Shown one piece after another: positions 51,473-64,000 of a stretch of DNA of 64,000 nt. Location of the stretch: NCBI RefSeq assembly GCF_009834535.1, contig NC_045696.1, positions 107,386,001 to 107,450,000 of the forward strand, read 5' to 3'. The position numbers and the translations under genes were made by a program. Source of the DNA: Camelus ferus (taxonomy: Eukaryota). The notes under the pieces were generated by a model. That model searched no databases. It was not told the origin of the DNA and was given only the letters and a program-made list of their open reading frames with translations. Every line of letters begins with the position of its first letter. Position 1 is the first letter of the stretch.

Positions 51473-51590
51473 GGGGTGGGGGGGGTATAGCTCAGTGTTA
51501 AGACTGTGTGCTTAACACGCACGAGGTCCTGAGTTTAAAACTAAACAAATAAACAAACCTACTCTCCACAGGACCCCCCGCCCCCAAAAG
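51473..51590 (+). mobile_element. tRNA-Ala-derived SINE (Vic-1-like), internally deleted
   Basis: 'gggtatagctcagtgttaagactgtgtgcttaacacgcacgaggtcctgagttt' then tail 'aaataaacaaacctact'. Confidence 0.85.
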
Positions 51591-52609
51591 TTAACTTTTT
51601 CCTGAAGTTTACTACTTCCCCATTTCTTGTGTCATAATGTTGCCTATTTCCTGTTTGGGTCTTCTTATAGTGTGAATTGCTTTGTAACTTGGAGGATCCA
51701 ATACTATTTTGGCATTCTTTTTATTCGCTAAAAGAACTAGAAAATCTTTCTCATTTGTAGGCTGAAATTATACTGGGAAAAGAGATTAGTACTTTGTTTT
51801 CTTGGTTGAATCTACTTAAATTTTCTATATTATGAGGTATATGTTCATGTAGGTTGTATTGGACAACAGTTTTTCTCTTAATATCTTTAATTTACTATCA
51901 TAAACATAGGTAACAATCATAATTCTGGTAAAAAAATAGTCAATGAGTCTAATACTTCTATGTAGTTACAGTGTAGTACTATCAAAATTGTTGAAAGCAG
52001 TTTTATAAATATTGTTATTTTAATTGTTGTATTGCTTTTGCAAATCATGTGGCACTCCACTACCACCTACCTCTGTGTGTATGTGTGTATACATTCCTTG
52101 CTAAGAGATTCTTTTAAGGCAACTCAGGTAGAATTTTAGGAATGATAAAAGAGGGACCTGAATTAACTAGATTATATTATATAAGTCTTTACCCTAGAGA
52201 ATAAATTCCTCTGATTAAAGCATAGGACCTTGTACTCCACAGATGATACTGCTTGTGATTGGAAATAAACTACGCTTTAGATATTGCTCTTTAACCCTTG
52301 TTCTTGACTCAGTTAATAAGAATTTATAAAACAGGGTGTTAGGAAAGGAGCAGGCTGGCAGTTATATGCTGCATTTTATTTTTCTTCCTCTCATCATTTG
52401 TGGCATAGCGCATGCATGGCAAACTTCATGTTTAAGTAGAGCATTGTGCCCCTGTCTTTGTGTACACATGTACTCTTGCACACATGTGCTTAAATCTACC
52501 TGAGATCATAAAATTGACCAATGGAAAAGAAATATTAATTTATAAGGACAAAAATTAACACCTGCAGAAAACCTTAATCAGCTCACAAATTGTTTACTAT
52601 TACTGTTTT

Positions 52610-55600
52610 TTTTTTTTAAAAAGACTATTTTTAAGAGCAGTTTTAGGATTACAGCAAAATTGACAGAAGCTTCCCATACACCCCTGTATGTATGTCTCCA
52701 CATACATATAGCCTCTCCCACTGTCAGCATCTTGCACCATAGTGGTACATACATGTATTCAATAGATGAACCTACACTAACTTGTCATCACCCAAAGTCC
52801 ATAGTTTACCTTATTGTTCACTTTTGGTGTTGTATATTCTGTGGGTTTTGATAAATGTATAATAACATGTGTTCATCATTATAGTATCATACAGAAAAGT
52901 TTCACTGCTCTAAAAGCCCTCTGTGCTCCACCTCTTATCTCTCCTGCCCACTAACCTCTGGCAACCACTGATACTTGGACTGTCTCCGTAGTTTTACCTT
53001 TTCCAAAATGCCATGTAGTTAAAATCACACAATATGGAGCAGTTTCAGATTGACTTCTTTCAGTCAGTAATATGCATTTGAGTTTTCAGTCATGTTTATC
53101 GTGGCTTGATAGCTCATTCTTTTTAGTGCTGAGTATATTCCATTGTCTGCATGTACTACAGTTTATCCATTCACCTCCTGAAGAATGTCTTGGTTCCTTC
53201 CATGTTTTGTCAATTTTGAATAAAGCTGCTATGAACATTTGTATGCAGGTTTTTATGTGGAGATGAGTTTTCACCTCCTTCAGATAAATACCTAGGAACA
53301 TGATTGCTGAATCATATGGTAGGAGTATGTTGAGTTTGTAAGAAACCGCCAAGCTGTCATCCAGAGTTGGTGTACCATTTTGCCTTCCCAACAGCAGTTG
53401 CTCCACATTTTTGTCAGCATTTGGTTTTGTCAGTCTTCTGGATTTTCAACCTTCTAATAGGTGTGTAGAGGTATCTTACTGTTTTTGTTTTTGTTTTTTT
53501 TAATTTTCAATTCCCTAATGACATGATGTTGAACATCATTTCATATGCTTATATGCCAGTGTGTAGGGGAGGGTAGAGCTCAGTGGTAGAGTGCATGCTT
53601 AGTGTGCACAAGGTTCTGTGTTCAATTTCCAGTATCTCCATTAAAAAAGTAAGTAAATCAATAAATAAACCTAATTACCTCTCCCCTTCAAAAAATAAAT
53701 AAAATAAAAATATAGTAAATAAATCTATATGCCAGTGTATCTTCTTTTGTGAAATGTTGGTTTAGGTCTTACGTCCATATTTTAAGTAGGTTGTTTGTTT
53801 TCTTATTGTTGAGTTTTAAGAATTCTTTGTGTATTTTGGATACTTCAAATATTAAGAAGGCAAAAATGCCTTTGCAAATATTATTTCCTAGTCTGTGACT
53901 TGCCTTTTCCTTCTACTGACAGTATCTTTTGCAGAGCAGAAGTTTTTAATTCTAAGAAGTCCAGTTTATTAATCCTTTTTTTTTTTTTCATAGCTTGTGC
54001 CTTTGGTGTTATATCTAAAAAGTTATCCCCATACTCAAGGTCATTTAGATTTTCTCCTATGTTATCTTCTTAGAGTTTTATATTTTTGAGTTTACATTTA
54101 AGTCTTCAGTCCATTTTGAGTTAATTTTGTGAAGAGTGTAAGATCTATGTCTAGATTCTTCTTCTTCTTTTTTTTTCCCCAGTGTGGATATCCAGTTTCA
54201 GCACTGTATGTTGAAAAGACTATGTTTCTTCCATGTATTGCTTTTGTTCCTTTGTGAAAGAAAGATCAGTTGACTATATTTGTATGGGTCTATTTCTGGG
54301 CTTTCTGTACTGTTTTATTAATCTAGTTGTCTATTCTTTTGCCAATATCACACTGTCTTGATTACTGTCGATTTAAAGCAAGTCTTAAATTCAGATAGCG
54401 TCAGCTTTCCAACTTTGTTCTTTTTTTAAAAAAATACTGTGTTGATTATTCTGGGTCTTTTGCCTCCCATATCAACTTGATATCAGTTTTTGATATACAC
54501 ATAATAACTTGTTAGGAAATTGATTGAGATTGTGTTGAATCTATAGACCAAGTTGGAAAGGACTGACATCATGACAATAGTGAGTCTTCCTAATTATGAA
54601 CATATAATCTGTCCACTTATTTAGTTCTTGGATTTCTTTATTGGAGTTTTGGAGTTTTCCTTATCGAGATGTCCATATTTTGTTGGATTTATACTCAAGT
54701 ATTTCTCTTTTTGGGGGTGCTAATATAAATGGTGGTGTGTTAATTTCAAATTTCACTCATTCCTTGCTTGTTTACATGAAAGTTAATGACATTCTATATT
54801 GACCTTGTATCCAGCAACCTTGTTGTAATTGCTTACTAGTTCTAGGAATTTATTTTTTGTCTATGCTTTCAGATTTTCTATAGACAAACGTGTAATCTGC
54901 ATACAAAGAAAGTTTGACTTCTTCCTTCCCAGTCTGTATTCTTTTTATTTCTTTATTGCATTAGCTTGGACTTCTGGTACAGTGTTGAAAAGGAGTAGTA
55001 AGAGCAGTCAGTCTTGCTTTTTGTTCCTGTTCTTAGAGGGAAAGCTTCTAGTTTCTCACCATTACGTATGTTGTTAGGTGTAGGAATTTTGTAGATGTTC
55101 TTTATCAAATTAAGGAAGCTCCCCTCTATTTTAGTTTGCTGAGAGGTTTTTTTTTTTTTTTTTTTTTTAAATCCTGAATGGGTGCTGAATTTTGTCAAAT
55201 CTTTATTCAGAATCTATGATATGACCGTGTGGTTTTACTTCTTTGCCTCCTGATATGGTAGGTTACATTATTTGATTATCAGATTTTTAACTAGCCTTGC
55301 ATACCCTGCATAAATCCTGCTAGGCTGTGGTGCATAATTCTTTTCATATATTTAAAAAATTTGATTTGCTATTTTGTTGAGGATTTTTATATCTGTGTTG
55401 GTGGGAGATACTGGTCTGTAGTTTTCTTGTAATGTCTCTGTGTGGTTTTGGTGTTAGGGTAATACTGTCCTCATAAAATGAGGTAGGAAATATTCCTTCT
55501 ACTTCTGTCTTCTTAAAGACATTGTAGAGAATTGGTGTAATTTCTTCCTTAAATGTTTAATAGAATTTACTAGTGAACCCACCTGGGTCTGGTGCTTTCT

Positions 55601-56500
55601 GTCTTGGTAGGTTTTAAATTCTTGATTCAATTTGTTTTATAGATATAGGCCTATTTAGGTTGTCAGTTTCTCCTTGTGAGTCTTAGCAGGTTGTATCTTA
55701 CAAAGAATTGGTTAATTTCATCTGTATCAAATTTGTGAACATAGTTCATACTATTCTTTTATTATCCTTTTAATGTCATGGGATTATGTATGGAAATTTC
55801 TGCTTTCATTTCTGATTATTAGTAATTTGTTTCCTTTTTTCTTAGTTAGATGGCTAGAGGTTTATTAATTTTTTGATGTTTTCAGAGAACCAGCTTTTGG
55901 TTTCAGTCGTTTAATCACATTGTTGATTGACTGGTTTTCATCTTCTTTGATTTTTTTGCTCTTAATTTTTATCATTTCTTTTCTAATGCTTAGTTTTTAT
56001 TTAATTTGCTCTGTTTATCTAGTTTCTTAAGATGGAAGCTTAGGTGATTTTAGGTTTTTTTCCCCTTTCTAATTTATGTAGTCAGTGCTATAAATTTCAC
56101 TCTAAGTACAACTTTTGCTGCATCCTATAAATTTTGAGAAGTTGTATTTTCATATTCATTTAGTTGAAAATGTTATCAAATTTCTATTGAGTTTTCTTCT
56201 TTGACTTATGTATTATTTAGAATTGTGTTGTTTAATCTCCACGTGTCTTGAACTTTCCAGCTATTTTTCTGTTAATGATTTCTAGTTTAATTTCATTGTA
56301 GTCTGAGAAGATACATTGTGTAATTTCTGCTCTTTCAAATTTGTTAAGGAGTGTTTTATGGCCCACGGTGTGATCTGTCCTGATGAATGCTCCATGTGAG
56401 CTTGAAGAGAATGTTGGATGAAATAGTTTTTAGATGTCAATTATATCCTGTTGATTAATGGTATTTTTTAAGTTCATCTGTGTCTTTACTGATTTTGTGC
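52610..56500 (-). mobile_element. L1MC-like element, ~3.9 kb, frameshifted ORF2
   Basis: 3' end 'agactatttttaagagcagttttagg'; ORF pieces 'KLNILLPYDSAIMFLGIY' (53086-53406) and 'NGEKLEAFPLRTGT' (54953-55198). Confidence 0.92.
53566..53725 (+). mobile_element. tRNA-Ala-derived SINE (Vic-1-like) nested in L1
   Basis: 'agctcagtggtagagtgcatgcttagtgtgcacaagg'; TSD tatatgccagtgt at 53550-53562 / 53726-53738. Confidence 0.93.
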
Positions 56501-56899
56501 CTGTTTTTTTTTTTTTTAATGCTAGTTTTCTTGCCATTTTTAATCCCTCAGAAGTGGCTCTTCTGCATTATATTTTGAGTGTGAGAACTGATAGGAAAAA
56601 TGGAATAGTCAGGAGCCCTGAGAAGAAGTTAATTGGGTAAGCTTAGAATACAACATTGGTGATGTTGAGAAATGTACCCTAGATATTAGAAAAACTTTCA
56701 GAGTGAGAGAGAGACATGTATGTTGTTTTAGGTAGAGTGTCTTCAAAACCAATATAACTCAGAAGAATGGAGAATTTTCATTCTTGAAAATGAAAGTTAA
56801 CACAATGCCTAGCATGTAGGCAGTACTCAGTAGTTACTTAATGAATGTTGGATGTTCTCAATAAAGAAGAAAAAGAGCAAAAGCAAGTAAAGTTACAGA

Positions 56900-57390
56900 G
56901 CAATGCCAGTTTAAGGAATACTACCTTTAAAAAAGGAATAGCTAGATATGTGCCCAATGATGAATTATAAGATTGCTAGAACTGTAGGAACAATGTGAGA
57001 ATGGCTTATGAAAAATATACTGAATACAAACAAGGCTTTTAAAACTATGATTAGAACAGAAATAAAGATTAAGGGATGGTATGATATTAAGTGAAAGATT
57101 GGTATCCATCATTTATTTATACCTTCTCCACCAAGGGAAATATTTTTAAAGCTGTAGAGGGTACACAGAGCAAAATGTACAGGTTTCTAAAACAGAGTTG
57201 GTTGTGCTTAATAAAGTAAAAGACTCAATTAAAGGGGGTGGTGGTGGTGGTAGAGAATAAGAGTACACCAGATTCTTCTGCTTAAGTGAAATATCTATGT
57301 ACTGAAATTCTCAAAATTTTGCGCATATCCTGAAACCATCATTACACATTTTGGTGTATGATCCAGAAACCTGGCAGTGAATTTTATTTT
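56900..57390 (+). mobile_element. CR1/L3 LINE remnant
   Basis: 'aggcttttaaaactatgattagaacag...ccttctccaccaagggaaat...gagggtacacag' follows the recalled L3 internal pattern. Confidence 0.45.
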
Positions 57391-58067
57391 CAGATCACAA
57401 GGGATAGAGGTGGGAAGGGTGAACTGATGTGTTCTGTCTTCTAAAGTTGTACTGGTGTAAAACTAAAACTGTACTAGTTTAGATAAGTTTAAATATATAC
57501 TATGTTTTTATATTTAATACAGCATCTACTAGTAAAAGGAGTGTAATTAGTACAGTATTTTTAGAGGTTAGTAAAAGATTGCATTAATGAATTACAAATG
57601 TTCATTACAAGGAATATATGCTACAAATATGTTTGTATGATTAAAGAAGGATACATGACAGCATTGTTTACAGCAGTCAAAAATTAGAGACAGGCTAAGT
57701 TTTCACTAAGGAATGGGTTAAATACACTAATGACACATAAGTATTAAGAAATGATGTAGAATGTCCACAGTGCTTTTCTGAGTCAGAAATGCAAATTGCA
57801 TATATTATGTAAAGCATTCCATATTTGTGTTTCCTATATAAATGTGTAAGTTCCCATTTTTATAGGAATCAGATAATGGAAGTCTTTTGAATTTTTTCTT
57901 TTTCAAAATTGTTTTAGTTATTTCAGTTCCTTTTTATTTCCATATTTATTTGAGAGTTAGCTCAGTAATTTCTGCAAAAGATTCTGATTGATTTAAAGGA
58001 AAAGTTTTAGTTTCCATACGTTGTTCACCCCCAGAATTCTAATATGCTGTCTCTTTGTGGTGAATCT

Positions 58068-58147
58068 TTTCTCCCAACCTCTAACAACCATTGATCTGTT
58101 CTTTGTCTTTCTCCCAACCTCTAACAACCGTTGATCTGTTCTTTGTC
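58068..58147. repeat. 40-bp tandem duplication, 1 mismatch
   Basis: tttctcccaacctctaacaacc(a/g)ttgatctgttctttgtc twice. Confidence 0.97.
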
Positions 58148-59229
58148 TCTGTAGTTTTCCAAAATATCTCATAAATGGAATTCTACAGTAAGTATGTAGT
58201 CTGTGTACTTGAGATTCATCAGTGTTGTGGTATATATCAATAGTCCATTGCTTTTAACTGTTGAGAATTATTGCGTTTTGTAGATTTGCCATGGTTTTAT
58301 TCAGTCATTCAATTAAGACATTATGGGGGATGTTTCCAGTTTTTGGCAATTATGAATGAAGCTGCTATAAACATTTGAGTACGTGTTTTTGCAAGAATAT
58401 AAGCTTTTTTTCACTTGGATACTTAGGAAAGACATTGCTCAGTTAGTCATATGATTAGTGTTGGTTAACTTTTAAAGTAATTGCCAAACTGTTTATCAAA
58501 GGGATTGTGCTATTTTGCAGATCCCTTCAGATGTGTATAAGCTTTCCAGTTGTTCTGACTCCTCAGCAACACTTGAAATGGTCTTTTTAATTTTAGTCAT
58601 TCTAATATGTATGTAGTAGAATTTCATTGTGATTCTAATTTCCATTTCCCTAATGGGAAAGAGCATCAATTAGGGTATTTGTCACCTTTTTATTAGTGAA
58701 GTATCTGTTCAAATCTTCCACCCATTTCAAAACAGGGAACTGTTTTCTTTCTTATATTTGAGTTTTGAGAGGTCTTTTTTTTTTTTTTTTTTTTGATATT
58801 TTCTTCCCACAAGTTCTTTGTCAGATATGTGATTTGCAAGTATTTTCTCTCAGCATATGATTTGTTTTTTTTTCAATCTCTTAACAGTGCCTTTTGTGGA
58901 GAAAAAAGATGAAGTCCAGTTAATCCCTTTTTTTTGTTTGTTTGCTATTTATGAATGATGCTTTTGGTGTTATTTGTAAGAATTCATTACCTAACCCAAG
59001 ATGACAAAGATTTTTCTCAAATTTGTTAACCTTCCATTTTGTGATTATAGCCATCCTAGTGGGTTTGCAAAATGATCGGGTTGTGGTTTTCATTTGCATT
59101 TCTCTAATGATGTTGAGCCTCAATTATGTGTTTCTTGGCCAGTAATGTATCTTTTTTGGAGAATCTATTTGAGTCCTTTGACCATTTTTTAATTAGAATT
59201 TTTTGTCTTGTTGGATTGTTAAGAAATTA

Positions 59230-59450
59230 CAGTTGGCCCTTGGACAACATGGGTTTGAACTATGTGGGTCTACTTATACATGGATTTTTTTTTCAATAGA
59301 TACGTACTGTAGTACTACAAGATTCAGAGTTGGTTGAATATGCAGCTGCAGAACTGTGGATATGGAGGGACACCTGTAAAGTTATGTGTGGATTTTCAGC
59401 TGTGTGGAGTGTTGAAACTCCTATCCCTTGTGTTATTCAAGGGTCAGCTA
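59230..59450. mobile_element. MER8-like MITE (TcMar-Tigger) nested in L1
   Basis: Terminal inverted repeats cagttggcccttggacaaca ... tgttattcaagggtcagcta, flanked by TA. Confidence 0.9.
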
Positions 59451-62400
59451 TATATTCTGGATACTAGACTTTTATCAGCTATATGATTTGCAGGTATTTT
59501 CTCCCATTCCTTGGATGTCCTTTGATTTTGCTGATAATGTCCTTTGATGCAGAAGTTTTGTATTGTGATTAAGTCCAACTTTTTGTTGTTGTTGCCTGTA
59601 CTTTTGGTGTTATATCCAAGAACTCATTGCCAAATCTAATGTCATAAAGCTTTTGCCCCTGTTTTCTTCAAAGAGTTTTATAGTTTTAGCCCTTACATTT
59701 AGATGTTTGACTCATTTTCAGTTAATTTTTGTATATATTGTAAGGTCTGGATTCAACTTCATTCTTTTATATGTGAGTATCCACTTTCCCCAGCACCACT
59801 GTTTTTGAAAAGACAGTCTTTCTCCCAGTGCATTGTCTCGACTCCCTTGCCAAAATTCATTTGACCATATATATGAGAGTTTATTTCTTTTCCATTGGCG
59901 TGTGTATGTGTCTTTACGCTGTTCATTGCTGTCACTGTGGTAAATTTTGAACTCAAGAAGTATAAGACATTTAACTTTGGTCCTTTCCCCCCCCCCCCCA
60001 AGATTGTTTTGGCTTTTAAAGGTCCTTTTCTTGAGATTCCATAAGAATTTTGGACAGAATTTTGTATTTCTATAAAAAGTAATTGGTATTTTGACGGTGA
60101 TTATATTGAATCTGTAGATCATTTTGGATAATATTGACATTATTACAATATTAAATCTTTCGATCCATGAACAAATTTTTCACCTTGGTTAAGTTTATTT
60201 TTTAGGATTCATTCTGATGTAGTTGTAAGTGGAATTTTTTCCTTTATTTCCTTTTTGTTTCGTTTATTGTACTGTACAAAAAAAAGCCAATTTTTGTGTG
60301 TTGGGTTTGTACCCTAACATTGTTAAACTTACTTATTAGTTCTAAAAAAGAAACACAATTTTTGTATGTTATCTTGCAGCTGCAACTTTTTTCTCCTAGT
60401 ATTTGGTTGTTGTTGATTCTTTGAGATTTTCTGTATATGGGGTATTATGTCATCTGTGAATAGATATAGTTTTACTTTTTCTGTTTGGATGCAATTTATA
60501 TCTGTTTCTCACCTAATTGTTCTATTTGAACATACAGAACTTTATTGAAAGCTGAACATGGACATTCTTGACTTCTTCCTGATTTTAGGAGGAAAGCTTT
60601 TATTTTAGTCATTCAACATTGAGTATGAAGTTACTTGTGTTTTTCTCATAAATACCTTTTTTCATATTAAGAAACTTCCTTTCTGTTCCTAGTTCTTTGA
60701 ATGTTTTTGTCATGAAAGAGTGTTTTGGCTCTTTGGTGTCTCTTGAGATTTTCTCAAGTGCTTTTTCTTGTAATTTGAGATGGTTATGTGGTTCTTTTTT
60801 CCTTGTTTCTAATAATGTATTTATTCCATCTATTGATCTTTCTAATTTTGAACCACTCTGGCATTCCTGGGTAAATCCGACTTGCCCATGATATATATTA
60901 CATTTGATGTGTAGTTCATTCTGTTTGCTAGGGGGTTTTTTGGAGGATTTTTGCATCTATATTTATAAGGAAAATTGGTCTGTAGTTATTTTGTGGTGTC
61001 TTTGGCTTGTGTATAAAAGAAATGCTGGCCTCATAGATTGAGTTAGGATGTCTTTCTTCCTTATATACTTTGAGGAAGAATTTGAGAAAGATTGGTGTTA
61101 TTTCTTTATTGGAGTTATTGGTCTTTAAATTGCTTATAGAATTCACCAGTGAAGCCATCTGGTTGTGGACTTTTTTGTTAGGAGATATTGATAAGTGGTT
61201 CAATCTCTTTGAATGTGATATAGGTCTATTCTAATTTTTTATTTTTGCTTGAGCCACTTAATACAGGTTATATAATTTATTGGCATATAATTGTCTGTCC
61301 TAGACTCTTACAATCTTTTTATTTCTGTAAAGTTGATAGCAATATTCCTACCTTCATTTGTGTTGTTAATTATTTGCATCTTCTGTTTTTCTTACTTGCT
61401 GAGTGCATCTAAAAGTTTGTCAATACTGTTGATGTTAAAAAAAAAAGCAATTTTTGGTCTCATTAGTTCTGTTATTTCTCTGGTCTCTCGTTTACTTCTG
61501 CATTAATTTTTATTATTTCCTTACTTTTCCTGCCTTTAGGTTTACTTTGCTCTTCTTTTTCTCATTAAAATATAGAGTTAGGTTACTGAATTGATTTTTT
61601 TTCTTTTAATGTAGACGTTTACAGCTGTATTTCCTTCTGGGCTCTGTTATTGCTCCTTCTCATACATTTTGGTATATAGTATTTTTGTTTTAACTGACCT
61701 CAAAGTGTTTTAATTTCTCTTGTGATTTCTTCTTTGGCTCATTGGTAATTTGAGAGTGTGTTGTTTCATTTCCACATATTTGTGAATTTTCCAGTTTCCT
61801 TCCTGTATTGATTTCTGCTTGCTTTTGATTGTGCTCAAAGAAGACGGTTTCTGTGATTTCAGTCTTTTAAATGTTATTGAGACTTTTTTGTACCTAATCA
61901 GCTATCCTGCAGAATATATGTGCACTTGTGAATAATGTGTATTTTGTTATTGGGTAGAATGGTCCATATATGTCTGTTAGGTTTATTTGGTTTATGGAGT
62001 TCTTCAAGTCCTTTGTTTCCTTATTGATCTTCTGTCTAAATCTTGTGTTTTATTAAAATTGGTGTATTAAAACCACCCACTGTTACTATAGCAATGTCTG
62101 TTTTTACATTCAGTTCTGTTAGTGTTTCCTTCATGTATTTTGGGACTCTGCTGTTTGGGATATATATCTTTTTGATTGTTACATCTTCCTGATGAATTGG
62201 CCATTTTTACCCAATATATTATGTTTCTCTTCATCTCTCATAGTAAGTTTGACATAAAATTTATTTTGTCTGATATTAGCATAGTCACTCCAGATTTCTT
62301 TTGTTCATTGTTTGCATAGAATATCTTTTTGCATCTTCTTATTTTCAGCCGCTTTGTGTAATTAAATTTAAAATAAATTTCTCGTAGATAGCATATAATT

Positions 62401-62691
62401 GGATCATTAAAAAAATCCATTGTGCCAATCTATCTCTTAACTGGTTAGTTTAATACGTTTATATTTAAGGTGATTGCTGATCATGAAGGACTTTTGCCAA
62501 AATGGCTACTTTTCTTCTGTTTGTCTTCATATCTTTGTTGCTCAGTTCCTCCATCACTGCCTTTCTTTTTGTTTGATCTTCTAGTGTACCATTTTCATTT
62601 TCTTTGTAATTATCCTGGTGATCACTCACATCTTAACGTTTATACCAATCTAGTTTGAATTGATAGTAACTTAGCTTTTTATTTATATATA

Positions 62692-64000
62692 CAGGAATAT
62701 CTCAGATATATTATGGGTTTGGTTCTAGGCTGTGGCATTAGAGCAAATATCACAATTAATTGAGTCAACTTTTTCAGTTTTCTAGTGCATATAAAAATTA
62801 TATTTAAACTATATTGTAGGTATATATTCAATAGCATTATGTCTTTAAAATGATGTACATACCTTTATATACATACATAAAAATACTTTATTGCTAAAAT
62901 ATGCTAACCATCATTTGATTCTTCAGTGAATTGTAATCTTTTTGCTGGAGAAAGGTCATACCTCAGTGTTGATGGTTGCTGAATGATCAGGGTGGTGGTG
63001 GTTGCTGAAGGCTGGGAAGGCAATTTCTTAAAATAAGACAACAATAATGTTTGCCACATTGGTGCACTCTTCCTTTCATGAACGATTTCTCTGTAGCATG
63101 CAGTGCTGTTTGATAGCATTTTACCCACAACAGAACTTCTTTCAATATTGAAATTAGTCCTCTCAAACCCTGCCACTGCTTTATCAATTAAATTTCGTAA
63201 TATTCTAAATTCTTTGTTATCATTTCAAGATGCTTCTCAGCATCTTCACCAATAGATTCCATCTCAAGAAACTGCTTTCGTTGCTTATCCATAAGAAGCC
63301 ACTCCTCATCTATTAAAGTTTTTATCATGAGATTTGCAGCAGTGCAGTCGCATATTCAGACTCCACTTCTAATTCTAATTCTGTTGCTGTTTCACTATGC
63401 TTGCTGTTCTTTCATCTGTTGTAAGACTTGAACCCCACAAAGACGTCCGTGAGGGTTGGAATCAACTTCTTGCAAACTGCCGTTCATGTTGATATTTTTC
63501 TTCCTACTATGAATCATGAATGTCATTATTCACATCTAGAACGGTGAATCCTTTCCAGGTTTTCGACTAACTGCCCGGATGCATCAGCATGGCAGCTACA
63601 GCCTTATGAGATGTTTTTTAAAAAAGTTGAAAATTGAAATGACCTTCCTATGGGCTGTAGGATGGATGCTGTGTCATCAGGTGCGAAAACAGAGTAAATC
63701 TCACTGTGCATCTTTGTCAGAGCTCTTGGGTGACCAGGTGCATTGTCAATGAGCAGTAATACTTTGAAAGGAATCCTTTTTTTCTGAACAGTAGGTCTCA
63801 TCAGTGGGCTTAAAATATTCACTAAACCATGTTATAAACAGATGTGCCGTCATCCAGGATTCATTGTTCCATTTCTAGAGCACAAGCAGAGAGGGTTTAG
63901 CATAATTCTTAAGGGCCCTAGGATTTTGAGAATTGTAAATGAGCACTGGGTTTAGTTTAACTCACCAGCTTCATTAGCTTCTATTAAGAAAGTCTGCCTG
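62692..64000 (-). mobile_element. Tigger1 DNA transposon (decayed transposase), runs off the window edge
   Basis: TA + terminal 'caggaatatctcagatatattatgggtttggttc'; ORF pieces '[19 protein letters not shown]' (DDE domain) and '[29 protein letters not shown]'. Confidence 0.95.

Larger units (their letters stand above)
57990..62640 (-). mobile_element. Two joined L1 fragments; the second (~59030-62500) spans endonuclease to RT
   Basis: ORF 62238-62420 'KKIFYANNEQKKSGVTMLISDKINF' (APE endonuclease), 60928-61203 'NYRPIFLINIDAKIL' (RT start), 59718-60140 'KMIYRFNII..KIP'. Confidence 0.92.

Noticed and set aside
39622..53725. tRNA-Ala genes at 39622, 46157, 51440, 51473 and 53566
   Set aside because: Stems are mutated, and the copies have A-rich tails and mostly clear TSDs, so they are SINEs rather than tRNA genes.
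13220..58147. CRISPR-like or other repeat-spacer arrays
   Set aside because: The direct repeats are two-copy tandem duplications or TSDs with no spacers, and the DNA is mammalian.
275..63822. ORF-track ORFs as real genes
   Set aside because: All are at most 140 aa. Recognisable ones are frameshifted L1 ORF2 or Tigger1 pieces; the rest are low-complexity or antisense-L1 translations with no splice-consistent coding structure.

Overview
Eukaryotic, AT-rich, CpG-depleted mammalian DNA. It is most likely from a camelid (camel/alpaca/llama), because it carries five tRNA-Ala-derived SINEs resembling the camelid Vic-1 family and cetartiodactyl-type L1 3' ends. The window is dominated by decayed interspersed repeats: many L1 fragments (mostly on the - strand, often nested), L2/MIR, a CR1/L3 remnant, ERVL/MaLR LTRs (MLT1, MER21-like, LTR16-like) and DNA transposons (Tigger1, MER2, MER8, MER20, MER5). 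I find no convincing protein-coding exon; every recognisable ORF in the track is a frameshifted L1 ORF2 or Tigger1 transposase remnant. The L1 orientation bias and T-rich + strand suggest a large intron of an unidentified + strand gene (inference). I cannot support a claim of a new biological system. The best leads are small: an RFX X-box/CCAAT module at ~35.7 kb, a candidate 15-nt microexon whose donor could be hidden in a stem (~15.27 kb), a three-hairpin cluster with an H/ACA-like layout (~28.5 kb), and a head-to-head SINE pair with an (AAAAG)16 tail (~51.2-51.6 kb). Repeat family names are from recall of consensus sequences, not from a database search. Boundaries of old repeats are approximate.
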